NCBI RefSeq assembly: GCF_937912035.1
Contig: NZ_CALDPF010000055.1
Coordinates: forward strand, 9,654 to 73,653
Direction: 5' to 3'
DNA length: 64,000 nt
Source of the DNA: an uncultured Bacteroides sp.
Lineage (GTDB): Bacteria > Bacteroidota > Bacteroidia > Bacteroidales > Bacteroidaceae
Part shown: piece by piece, positions 20,420 through 29,064 of the stretch
Layout: every line of letters starts with the position of its first letter
Position numbering within the stretch: the first letter of the stretch is position 1
Made by a program: the position numbers and the translations under genes
The notes under the pieces: generated by a model
Database searches by the model: none
The model's input: the letters and a program-made list of their open reading frames with translations, nothing else
Told to the model about the DNA's origin: nothing

Positions 20420-20427
20420 TAACTTTG
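20420..20427 (+). promoter_or_regulatory. -7 promoter element for cysS
   Basis: TAACTTTG 24 nt upstream of ATG 20452. Confidence 0.6.
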
Positions 20428-20451
20428 CAACCTAACATATTTTTATGCATT

Positions 20452-21930
20452 ATGGAAAATAAACTCTTAATCTACAATACACTGAGCCGTACGAAAGAGC
20501 TTTTCAAACCGGCTCACGCACCTCATGTGGGTATGTATGTGTGCGGACCTACCGTGTATGGCGATGCTCATTTGGGACATGCACGTCCGGCAATCACTTT
20601 CGATATTCTTTTCCGTTATCTTACTCATCTGGGATATAAGGTACGTTATGTGCGAAATATCACAGACGTAGGTCATCTTGAACATGATGCCGACGACGGT
20701 GAGGACAAGATTGCAAAGAAAGCACGTCTTGAACAGCTTGAGCCGATGGAAGTAGTGCAGTATTATCTGAACCGTTACCATAAGGCTATGGAAGCACTCA
20801 ATGTTCTTCCTCCAAGCATAGAACCTCATGCTTCGGGACATATTATCGAACAGATACAGCTGGTAGAAGAAATCCTGAAGAACGGATATGCTTACGAGAG
20901 TCAGGGATCTGTATACTTTGATGTAGCCAAATATAACAAAGACCATCATTACGGAAAATTGTCAGGAAGAAATCTTGATGATGTAATCAATACTACACGT
21001 GAGCTTGACGGCCAGCAGGAAAAGCATAATCCTGCCGATTTTGCCCTTTGGAAGTGTGCACAGCCTGAACATATCATGCGTTGGCCTTCACCATGGAGTG
21101 ACGGTTTCCCGGGATGGCACTGTGAATGTACTGCCATGGGTAAGAAGTATCTTGGTGAGACATTTGATATCCACGGTGGAGGTATGGACCTTGTATTCCC
21201 TCACCATGAATGTGAGATAGCACAGAGTGTGGCTTCGCAGGGACATGATATGGTACGTTATTGGATGCACAATAATATGATTACAATAAACGGCCAGAAG
21301 ATGGGTAAGTCTTTGGGTAATTTCATTACTCTTGATGAATTTTTCACAGGTAGCAATAAGTTACTGGCACAGGCATACTCGCCAATGACAATCCGCTTCT
21401 TTATCCTTCAGGCACATTACCGTAGTACTGTTGACTTCAGCAATGAAGCTCTTCAGGCTGCTGAAAAAGGTCTCGAACGTTTAATGGAAGGTGTAAAGAA
21501 CCTTGAACGTATTACTCCTTCTAAGACCACAAGTGGTATTGAACCGGCCGGACTTCGTGAGAAATGTTATGATGCAATGAACGATGACCTTAATACTCCT
21601 ATCGTTATATCACATCTTTTCGATGCTACACGTATGATAAATACTGTAATCGATAAGAAGGCTACTATCAGTGAGGCTGATCTTGAAGAGTTGAAACAGG
21701 TATTCAATATGTTTGTATTCGATATTCTTGGTCTTAAAGCAGATGCTGAGAATAATGCTGCACGCGAGGAAGCATACGGAAAGGTAGTTGATATGCTTTT
21801 GGAGCAGCGTATGGTGGCTAAGGCTAATAAGGATTGGGCTACAAGCGATAAGATACGTGACAATCTTGCTGCTTTGGGATTCGAGGTTAAAGATACCAAG
21901 GATGGATTTACTTGGAAACTGAATAAGTAA
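20452..21930 (+). CDS. cysS: Cysteine--tRNA ligase
   Basis: [41 protein letters not shown]. Confidence 0.97.
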   Translation: MENKLLIYNTLSRTKELFKPAHAPHVGMYVCGPTVYGDAHLGHARPAITFDILFRYLTHLGYKVRYVRNITDVGHLEHDADDGEDKIAKKARLEQLEPMEVVQYYLNRYHKAMEALNVLPPSIEPHASGHIIEQIQLVEEILKNGYAYESQGSVYFDVAKYNKDHHYGKLSGRNLDDVINTTRELDGQQEKHNPADFALWKCAQPEHIMRWPSPWSDGFPGWHCECTAMGKKYLGETFDIHGGGMDLVFPHHECEIAQSVASQGHDMVRYWMHNNMITINGQKMGKSLGNFITLDEFFTGSNKLLAQAYSPMTIRFFILQAHYRSTVDFSNEALQAAEKGLERLMEGVKNLERITPSKTTSGIEPAGLREKCYDAMNDDLNTPIVISHLFDATRMINTVIDKKATISEADLEELKQVFNMFVFDILGLKADAENNAAREEAYGKVVDMLLEQRMVAKANKDWATSDKIRDNLAALGFEVKDTKDGFTWKLNK

Positions 21931-21952
21931 TTAAAAACAGTATACTTATTAG

Positions 21953-22016
21953 AACGTCTGCTGAATATAGTTTAAATACTATTTAAATGGTGTTTAAACA
22001 TTATTGGGCAGACGTT
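21953..22016. terminator. Long imperfect palindrome after cysS with internal 11-bp units, probable terminator
   Basis: AACGTCTGC ... GCAGACGTT arms enclosing TGAATATAGTT/TAAATACTATT/TAAATGGTGTT/TAAACATTATT. Confidence 0.65.
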
Positions 22017-22110
22017 TGTTATATATTCGATGATTTAAGACTGAATAGTGTTTGTTATATCAGAAAATATAAAATATTAAGAAAAAACTTGTTTTTTAAT
22101 ATTAAACTAT

Positions 22111-22118
22111 TATTTTTG
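22111..22118 (+). promoter_or_regulatory. -7 promoter element for porin-family gene
   Basis: TATTTTTG 29 nt upstream of ATG; CTTG 19 nt further upstream. Confidence 0.55.
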
Positions 22119-22147
22119 CCATTGTAAATCAAAAAAATAGAACAATC

Positions 22148-22726
22148 ATGAAAAAGATTTTTTCAACTCTAGTTATTATGGTGTGCTTGTTATTGGCTGT
22201 TCCTGCACAGGCACAGGTAAAATTTGGTATTAAAGGTGGTCTTGACATGTCTAAGGTAACAACTGAAATAGGAGACAACGCTACAGGTTTCTTTGTTGGT
22301 CCTATGATGGAAGCTACACTTCCTATTGTTGGTCTTGGTGTGGATGTTGCAGCTCTTTATTCTCAGTCTGGTGTAAAGCTTGAAGGAAATGATGCTGACA
22401 AACTGAAATCTATTGAAGTTCCTGTAAATTTAAAATGGACACTAGGTTTAGGTAGTACGTTGGGAGTTTTTGCGGCTGTCGGTCCTCAGTTCGGATTTAA
22501 TTTGGACAATGGTGTGGATGCTGTACTTAAAAGTAAGAAATGTGCTGTTAGCGTAAATGTTGGAGTTGGATTAAAACTTTTGAGACATCTTCAGTTAGGA
22601 GTTAACTATAACATAGGTGCAAGCAAGATGACTTCCAAATATTTTGAGAATTTGGAAGAAGTAATAGAAACTGAACCAAATTTCCGTAAAAATTCATGGC
22701 AGGTTTCTTTGGCATATATGTTCTGA
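22148..22726 (+). CDS. Porin-family outer-membrane beta-barrel protein
   Basis: Signal peptide AQA-Q, VKFGIKGGL, IEVPVNLK, GPQFGF, WQVSLAYMF with terminal Phe. Confidence 0.82.
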   Translation: MKKIFSTLVIMVCLLLAVPAQAQVKFGIKGGLDMSKVTTEIGDNATGFFVGPMMEATLPIVGLGVDVAALYSQSGVKLEGNDADKLKSIEVPVNLKWTLGLGSTLGVFAAVGPQFGFNLDNGVDAVLKSKKCAVSVNVGVGLKLLRHLQLGVNYNIGASKMTSKYFENLEEVIETEPNFRKNSWQVSLAYMF

Positions 22727-22752
22727 TATAAATAATAAGATATAAACTTAGT

Positions 22753-22793
22753 CCCACAGGCTTCAATGTGAAAGAAGTTTGTGGGTTTTTTTT
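22753..22793 (+). terminator. Rho-independent terminator
   Basis: CCCACAGGCTTC / GAAGTTTGTGGG stem followed by T8. Confidence 0.85.
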
Positions 22794-22975
22794 GTTCTAA
22801 TTTGTAACTGAAAGATGTTATTATAGTTAAGACCTTGAACTTTTTCGTACATTTTTGTTATTGACTTAAATCAATAAAAGCCATTCTTTGAATATTATAA
22901 TGAACAAATACATGTTTAATATTGTCTTTTAATCTGTGGAACATTAGATAATTAATAATTTGATAGGTATAGTTT

Positions 22976-23137
22976 ATGAAACAAGAATTGAAAAAAGTTG
23001 AGGTAAAAGAATTGTATGTCGCACCTGTTTCCGAATGTATTGAAATAATGTCCGAAGGAATTCTTTGCGCAAGTTCGGTAGATTCAAATACGGGAGCTTT
23101 CGGATCTGAGGGAGATATATTTTGGGGTGAATGGTAA
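22976..23137 (+). CDS. 53-aa small protein, not in ORF track: MKQELKKVEVKELYVAPVSECIEIMSEGILCASSVDSNTGAFGSEGDIFWGEW
   Basis: Manually translated ATG..TAA frame ending 13 nt before the fimbrillin ATG; YxxP...ExxLCAS motif. Confidence 0.7.
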   Translation: MKQELKKVEVKELYVAPVSECIEIMSEGILCASSVDSNTGAFGSEGDIFWGEW

Positions 23138-23150
23138 TAATTGATCTGTT

Positions 23151-24188
23151 ATGAATAAAGTAAGCAGATTTTTTCTTTTAACGGCATTACTCTTCGGCCT
23201 TTCTTCTTGCGAAAAAACTAGTGTTTCAGATAATGATACGATAGATAATTCTTCGGGAAGCGACAATGGAGAAGGAAATACTGAAGATATTGCCAATTTT
23301 AAGATATCAATGAGTGTTACAGAAGCTTCTAAATATAGTAGGGCTTCTATTGATGAAAACTTACCGGCAAACGGAGGGCAACTTCAGGTGAGATGGGATA
23401 GTGGGGATAAGGTCCGCATGATGATTGGAAGTACGGCCAATGATGTAACAGCGTGCGATTTCACCCTTGTAGGAGGTCCTTCGGTAGGTTCCGGAAATTT
23501 TGAGTATGTAGGCAATAAGGTCGAGACAAGTTATTATTACGGAATATATCCACCTATGGAAATAGGAATAAATGGAGGGGTACGATTGAATGTGCCGATA
23601 GATGGTAGAATAAGTCAGTCTGCGGCAGATGATTCACGTCATTTGGGGCAGTTCAGACCAATGTATGCGCCTCCGGTGCAGAATGAGGAAGGTGGTAATG
23701 TATTGAGAGGGGTTGTATTCAAGCATCTTACATCACTTATCATCTTTAAGGTGACAAATACTACCGGTGAGGCATTCAATCTTAATTCAATACAAATGTC
23801 AACGGCAGATGGAAATCCTATATTTTATTCGTCTGCATATTTCAATCCTCAGAATCAGACTGAGGCGGTAATGGAAGACAATCCATCTGTATCGGTAGCT
23901 TTGACCTTTGATGAGAATGGAATGCAGATCGCGTCTCAAGAGATGAAGAAAGCATATCTTCCAGTACTTCCTACAGGTGATTTTTCCACATTGCAATTAA
24001 GAGTAAAAGCAGTAACAGACAAGGGTGAGTTTGTTACGGACATTCCTATGGCTGCAAGCCAAACTATAAAAAGATTTCAAGCTGGTAGTTACTGTATTTT
24101 TAATCTGAAAAAAACAGATACAGGTATTACTGTAGAAATGGAAATATTGGGGTGGGAAGACGGTGAAACCGTAGATGTACCGGTATAA
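23151..24188 (+). CDS. Fimbrillin-family (Mfa-like) lipoprotein
   Basis: Lipobox LSSC, SRA, WDSGDKV, YYGIYP, FKHLTSLIIF, AGSY..F.L, ILGWEDGETVDV. Confidence 0.8.
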   Translation: MNKVSRFFLLTALLFGLSSCEKTSVSDNDTIDNSSGSDNGEGNTEDIANFKISMSVTEASKYSRASIDENLPANGGQLQVRWDSGDKVRMMIGSTANDVTACDFTLVGGPSVGSGNFEYVGNKVETSYYYGIYPPMEIGINGGVRLNVPIDGRISQSAADDSRHLGQFRPMYAPPVQNEEGGNVLRGVVFKHLTSLIIFKVTNTTGEAFNLNSIQMSTADGNPIFYSSAYFNPQNQTEAVMEDNPSVSVALTFDENGMQIASQEMKKAYLPVLPTGDFSTLQLRVKAVTDKGEFVTDIPMAASQTIKRFQAGSYCIFNLKKTDTGITVEMEILGWEDGETVDVPV

Positions 24189-24230
24189 TTAAAAATTTAT
24201 GAACAACCTGTTGATGTTCTGAAATAGTCA

Positions 24231-24266
24231 ATTTGCAGTTCGGCATTTAGTGGCTGAACTGCAAAT
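24231..24266. terminator. Bidirectional terminator hairpin between convergent genes
   Basis: ATTTGCAGTTCGGC / GCTGAACTGCAAAT 14-bp stem with one G-T pair. Confidence 0.75.
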
Positions 24267-24274
24267 GTTAAATG

Positions 24275-24748
24275 TTATTTTACTATATTCTTTTTAATTT
24301 CAATAAGAAGTCCTTGACAGGCATCTTCCAGTATATCCAGAACATTCTCGAATCCTTGTGCTCCACCATAATATGGATCTGGAACGTAATCAACTACTTT
24401 CGTAAGGCAATAGTCTGTCATGCGTCCAATTTTCTTTTCCGATTCAATATCAGGAGCCATATCACGAAGATTAGCAATATTGCGATCGTCCATTCCCAAA
24501 ATGATATCGAAATTGTAGAAATCGTCGGTACATACAGGTCGGGACAGATGAGTAAGTCTGTAACCTCTACGTGCGGCATGCATACGCATACGTTCGTCGG
24601 GTAACTCACCTCGATGATAAGAACTTGTTCCGGCAGAATCTACTTCTACCTCATTGTCGAGGCCTTCTTTTCTTAAAAGGGTACGCATAACCTCATCTGC
24701 AGTAGCAGAACGGCATATATTGCCAAGACATACGAATAGTATCTTCAT
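24275..24748 (-). CDS. Low molecular weight protein-tyrosine phosphatase
   Basis: ILFVCLGNICRS P-loop, DSAGT, VPDPYYG. Confidence 0.93.
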   Translation of the reverse strand: MKILFVCLGNICRSATADEVMRTLLRKEGLDNEVEVDSAGTSSYHRGELPDERMRMHAARRGYRLTHLSRPVCTDDFYNFDIILGMDDRNIANLRDMAPDIESEKKIGRMTDYCLTKVVDYVPDPYYGGAQGFENVLDILEDACQGLLIEIKKNIVK

Positions 24749-25455
24749 TTTCCTATATACTTTTTAAATCGTTCTACATCGGTATTAATGATCAGCTTTT
24801 CAGGAAACTCAGTCTCTGTCAGTAGCTGCATAGCATAACCATATTCGGCTATATCGAAAGATATGTGTGCATCACTTCCAAGAATGACCGGTACTTCATA
24901 TTTTTTACACAACCGTAGAATTTCAATATTGTTATTTCTTGCTTCCGGTTTGTTACGACATGGTTTTAGTGAGCTGTTGTTTATCTCCAGAAGGGTGTGA
25001 TATTTTTTTGATGCCAGTACGATTGGTTCGAAATCAAGGCTTGCGGTTCCGTCTCCTGGATGACTGATGATATTAATGTATGGATTTGCAATCACATTTA
25101 CCATACCATGAGTGTTTTGTTCTTTGGTTCCGTGCGTATAACATAATGAGTGTATTCCTGCTATACGTATATCAAGCATACGGAGATAGAACTCGTCCAT
25201 GTCGATATTACCGTTGAAATCGGTTATATTTATTTCTGCTCCTAGGAACAGTTCTATACCATACATTCGTCTTGGTACGACATGAAGATTACGGAAGTAA
25301 ATGGGGTCACATGTACCAGGAATACCGGATGAGTGTTCTGTTATTCCCAGTAACTTCAGCCCTTTCGCTGATGCAGCCTGAGCCATCTCCTGCAATGTAC
25401 TGAAGGCATGTCCACTTGCTATGGTATGTGTATGTACGTCTAATTCTATATTCAT
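24745..25455 (-). CDS. PHP-domain phosphatase (YcdX-like)
   Basis: DVHTHTIASGHA, ITEH, ISHP, EINNSS, GSDAH. Confidence 0.88.
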   Translation of the reverse strand: MNIELDVHTHTIASGHAFSTLQEMAQAASAKGLKLLGITEHSSGIPGTCDPIYFRNLHVVPRRMYGIELFLGAEINITDFNGNIDMDEFYLRMLDIRIAGIHSLCYTHGTKEQNTHGMVNVIANPYINIISHPGDGTASLDFEPIVLASKKYHTLLEINNSSLKPCRNKPEARNNNIEILRLCKKYEVPVILGSDAHISFDIAEYGYAMQLLTETEFPEKLIINTDVERFKKYIGK

Positions 25456-25505
25456 ATTTTTAGTTGTTTTCGGTTATTTATTGTTATATAAGTACAGGTT
25501 TCCAA

Positions 25506-27968
25506 TTAATAAGGATCTACATCGTAATAAACTGTCAATGACTTGAAACGTTCATCTTCCATTATTGCACGTTGAACCTGCTGGAGATAAGTGCGAATTT
25601 TCGACATTGATGCCTGCTGTTCAACTTTAATAACTATCTTCTTGATAAACAGTGTCTGAATTCTTCCCACAGGAGGACGGTCAGGACCTAAAATTCTGTC
25701 GCCAAGACCATTTCGCAGATAGGATGCCATACAGCTGGCTGCCTGTTCCAATACATCTTCCTTACGGTGCTTGAGATATACGTATATCAGTCTGTGGAAC
25801 GGAGGGTAGTGGAACATGCTTCGTTCGGCACATTGTTCATCATAGAGCGCATTGTAATCATTGTTCACCACCTGATGTATAAGTGGAATGTCAGGTGATT
25901 TTGTTTGTAGCACTACCAGACCGCGCTTGTTTTTTCTTCCTGACCTGCCAGATACTTGGGCCATAAGCTGGAATGCTCTTTCGTACGAACGGAAGTCGGG
26001 ATAGTTGAGCATGGAATCGGCATTCAGAATCCCAACTACACTAACACGGTCGAAATCTAATCCTTTGGAAACCATTTGAGTTCCAATAAGTATATCTGTC
26101 TTTCCTTCTTGAAAGTCGTTTATTATCCTCTCGTAAGCAGTACGTGTACGTGTGGTATCCATATCCATACGTGCAATTGTTGCATCGGGGAATATCTGTT
26201 TTATATCGTCCTCTACCTTTTCCGTTCCGAAGCCTCTGTTCACGAGTTCAACTCCTCCGCAAGCCGGACATGACTTGGGTACACTGTATGTATATCCGCA
26301 GTAATGACACGTCAGCTGATTCAGACCTTTATGATAGGTAAGACTCACATCGCAGTTCTTACATTTCGGTACCCATCCGCATGTACGACATTCTATCATC
26401 GGTGCAAATCCGCGACGGTTCTGAAAAAGTATAATCTGTTCCTTGTTCTCGAGTGCTTCTCTCATTTTCTGCAAAAGAAAAGGAGAAAAATGTCCGGACA
26501 TGCGTCTTTTGCGTGCCAGTTCCTTTATATCAACCACTTCTATCTCCGGCAGCTGTATCTGCTGGTATCTTTCCTTCATTTCTACCAGAGCATACTTTCC
26601 GTGAGTGGCATTATAATACGATTCCAGGCTTGGAGTTGCTGTACCAAGAAGCGTTTTAGCGCCATAGAGAGATGCAAGCATTATTGCCGCACTCCGGGCA
26701 TGATAGCGCGGTGCAGGGTCCTGCTGCTTATACGATGTTTCGTGTTCCTCATCTACTATCACCAATCCCAGTCTGCGGTAAGGAAGAAAGACAGACGAGC
26801 GTACGCCGAGTATCACATCATAGTCATTGTCTGTAAGCTGTTTCTGCCATATCTCCACACGTTCCGCATCAGGAAATTTAGAATGATATACCCCGAGACG
26901 TGAACCGAAAATTCTTTTCAACCTCTCAGTAATCTGTGTGGTAAGAGCTATTTCAGGAAGAAGATAAAGAACTTGCTTTCCAGCTTTGATTACTTCTTCT
27001 ATTAAATGTATATAAACCTCAGTCTTTCCGCTGGCAGTAACTCCATGAAGAAGACAGATGTTTTTTTGATGGAATGATGACATTATTGAACGGAAAGCCT
27101 TTTGCTGAATCTCGTTAAGCGGATTCAATGGAACTGTTTCTGTCTTTCCGGCATTAAGACGTCCTATCTCGTAGTTATAGGTTTCGAAAATATGTTTGTC
27201 AATAAGACCGTTCAGAATTGATGAAGTAGCACCAGAAGCTTCCAATAGAGTTTTCTTTGAAACTTCTGTCAGAAGTTTTCCTTCCTGCATCCAGCCGGAT
27301 AACTCTATATATTTCATTAAAAGAGCAAGCTGTTTTGGAGCTCGCGCTAAAATATCAAACTGTTTCTGAAGAACGGACTCATCGCGCATGCTGTCCTGCA
27401 AGCGCACACGGACTTCTGTCTTTGGTTTATAGTTACGTTTCAGTTCTTCCTTTACACGGATAGCATCTTTCTCCATCAGCGATTTTATTGCCGGCAGTAT
27501 ATTTCTGATATTTCCGGCGCGCTCTATTTGTGTTATACACTGTTCTGTGTCAACACTTAGAATATCAAGTATGCGCTGTTCTTTAGGTGAAAGAGGTTCA
27601 TCTGTAACAAAATCAGGATTATATTCCACCACAGTCTCACTTTCAAGCTTCAAACCGGAAGGAAGAGCGGCCTTATAGACATCGCCAAGCGTACACAGAT
27701 AATATTCTGCCACCCATTTCCAAAAGGCCAACTGGCGCTCCAACATTATAGGTGTCTTGTCAAGTACCTCGGAGATATCTTTTGTCTCGTAATCCTCAGG
27801 TGCAGAATAATGTATTTTCACTACGATGGCAGTATAATATTTCTTGACTCCGAAAGGAACTACTACACGACATCCAGTCTCTACCTGTTCCTCAAGCGAC
27901 TCAGGCAAAGAGTATGTAAACGTATTTGCAATGGGAAGCGGCACTATGACATCGACGAACTTTTTCAT
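25506..27968 (-). CDS. priA: Primosomal protein N' (replication restart helicase)
   Basis: HGVTASGKTEVY, LPEIALT, VDEEHE, NRRG, four CxxC, GTQMVSKGLDF; start at MKKFVDV. Confidence 0.96.
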   Translation of the reverse strand: MKKFVDVIVPLPIANTFTYSLPESLEEQVETGCRVVVPFGVKKYYTAIVVKIHYSAPEDYETKDISEVLDKTPIMLERQLAFWKWVAEYYLCTLGDVYKAALPSGLKLESETVVEYNPDFVTDEPLSPKEQRILDILSVDTEQCITQIERAGNIRNILPAIKSLMEKDAIRVKEELKRNYKPKTEVRVRLQDSMRDESVLQKQFDILARAPKQLALLMKYIELSGWMQEGKLLTEVSKKTLLEASGATSSILNGLIDKHIFETYNYEIGRLNAGKTETVPLNPLNEIQQKAFRSIMSSFHQKNICLLHGVTASGKTEVYIHLIEEVIKAGKQVLYLLPEIALTTQITERLKRIFGSRLGVYHSKFPDAERVEIWQKQLTDNDYDVILGVRSSVFLPYRRLGLVIVDEEHETSYKQQDPAPRYHARSAAIMLASLYGAKTLLGTATPSLESYYNATHGKYALVEMKERYQQIQLPEIEVVDIKELARKRRMSGHFSPFLLQKMREALENKEQIILFQNRRGFAPMIECRTCGWVPKCKNCDVSLTYHKGLNQLTCHYCGYTYSVPKSCPACGGVELVNRGFGTEKVEDDIKQIFPDATIARMDMDTTRTRTAYERIINDFQEGKTDILIGTQMVSKGLDFDRVSVVGILNADSMLNYPDFRSYERAFQLMAQVSGRSGRKNKRGLVVLQTKSPDIPLIHQVVNNDYNALYDEQCAERSMFHYPPFHRLIYVYLKHRKEDVLEQAASCMASYLRNGLGDRILGPDRPPVGRIQTLFIKKIVIKVEQQASMSKIRTYLQQVQRAIMEDERFKSLTVYYDVDPY

Positions 27969-27972
27969 ACTG

Positions 27973-27980
27973 CAAAGGTA
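27973..27980 (-). promoter_or_regulatory. -7 promoter element for priA, 4 nt from the start codon
   Basis: Minus strand reads TACCTTTG-CAGT-ATG. Confidence 0.6.
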
Positions 27981-28023
27981 CAAAAAAGGATATGCCGTTG
28001 TCTATAATATTCCCAAACTTTTA

Positions 28024-28031
28024 TAGCTTTG
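28024..28031 (+). promoter_or_regulatory. -7 promoter element for the oxidoreductase gene, divergent from priA
   Basis: TAGCTTTG 21 nt upstream of ATG. Confidence 0.6.
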
Positions 28032-28052
28032 TAAAAACTAAATTTATAAATA

Positions 28053-29030
28053 ATGAAAAAATATAAGATAGGTATTATTGGTTGTGGACATATAGCCGAG
28101 AAAATGGCTGCCACTATCAACGCAATGCAAGAAGTGGAAAGTTATGCAGTGGCCTCAAGAAGTATTGAAAAAGCTTCGGATTTTGCATCGAAGTGGAATT
28201 TCAACAAGGCTTATGGAAGTTATGAAGAACTTGTTGCCGACAGTGAGGTCGATCTTGTTTATATAGCTACACCTCATTCACATCATTATGAACATGCGCG
28301 CTTGTGCATAATGAATGACAAGCCTGTACTCTGCGAGAAATCATTTACTGCTAATGCGCGTCAGGCAGAAGAACTTATCCAGTTGGCAGAAGAAAAGAAT
28401 GTTTTCATAACAGAGGCTATATGGACACGTTATATGCCCCTGTCTGTTAAAATGAGAGAGCTGCTAGATGAAGGAGTAATAGGAAAACCTTATACTCTGT
28501 CAGCAAATCTTGGATATGTGATTGCTGGTAAAGAAAGAATAGCCAGGCCGGAACTTGCTGGAGGGGCACTTCTTGACATAGGAGTCTATACTTTGAATTT
28601 TGCTGCTATGGCGTTTGGAAGTGATATCAAGGAAGTACATTCTGCCTGTCAATTGACAGATACTGGAGTTGACGGGCAGGAGAACATCACTCTGTTCTAT
28701 AAAGATGGTAAAATGGCCTCATTACAATCATCTGTTTATGCCAAGACAGATCGAATGGGAGTCATCTCGGGAGATAAAGGATTCATGGTTATAGAAAATA
28801 TCAATAATCCTGAATGTATAAAAATTTTCGGTTCGGACTATAAGTTAAAAACCGAATACAAGGCACCGGAACAGATTACAGGTTTCGAATATCAAGTAAG
28901 AGCTTCCATTGAGGCTATTGAAAAAGGGTGGAAAGAATCGCCTTATATGCCACATAAGGAAACTATAAGAATAATGTATCTTATGGATTCTCTGCGAAAA
29001 GAATGGGGAGTGAGATATCCATGGGATTAA
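28053..29030 (+). CDS. Gfo/Idh/MocA-family oxidoreductase
   Basis: IGIIGCGHIA, VYIATPHSHH, VLCEKS, GGALLDIGVY. Confidence 0.92.
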   Translation: MKKYKIGIIGCGHIAEKMAATINAMQEVESYAVASRSIEKASDFASKWNFNKAYGSYEELVADSEVDLVYIATPHSHHYEHARLCIMNDKPVLCEKSFTANARQAEELIQLAEEKNVFITEAIWTRYMPLSVKMRELLDEGVIGKPYTLSANLGYVIAGKERIARPELAGGALLDIGVYTLNFAAMAFGSDIKEVHSACQLTDTGVDGQENITLFYKDGKMASLQSSVYAKTDRMGVISGDKGFMVIENINNPECIKIFGSDYKLKTEYKAPEQITGFEYQVRASIEAIEKGWKESPYMPHKETIRIMYLMDSLRKEWGVRYPWD

Positions 29031-29064
29031 TGGAATTTTACTTTATTACCTTAATTGTATTGTT

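Noticed and set aside
20425..20451. Longer N-termini given by the ORF track (cysS, priA, HTCS, HDIG, GH29, GH2, 16092, 61631)
   Set aside because: These upstream starts are mostly TTG/alternative codons, several inside TAnnTTTG promoter elements; downstream ATGs give proper signal peptides or family N-termini
22976..23137. Classical lasso peptide or other RiPP cluster
   Set aside because: No cyclase, RRE, peptidase or transporter adjacent; the only radical SAM/SPASM gene is a typical anSME about 28 kb away
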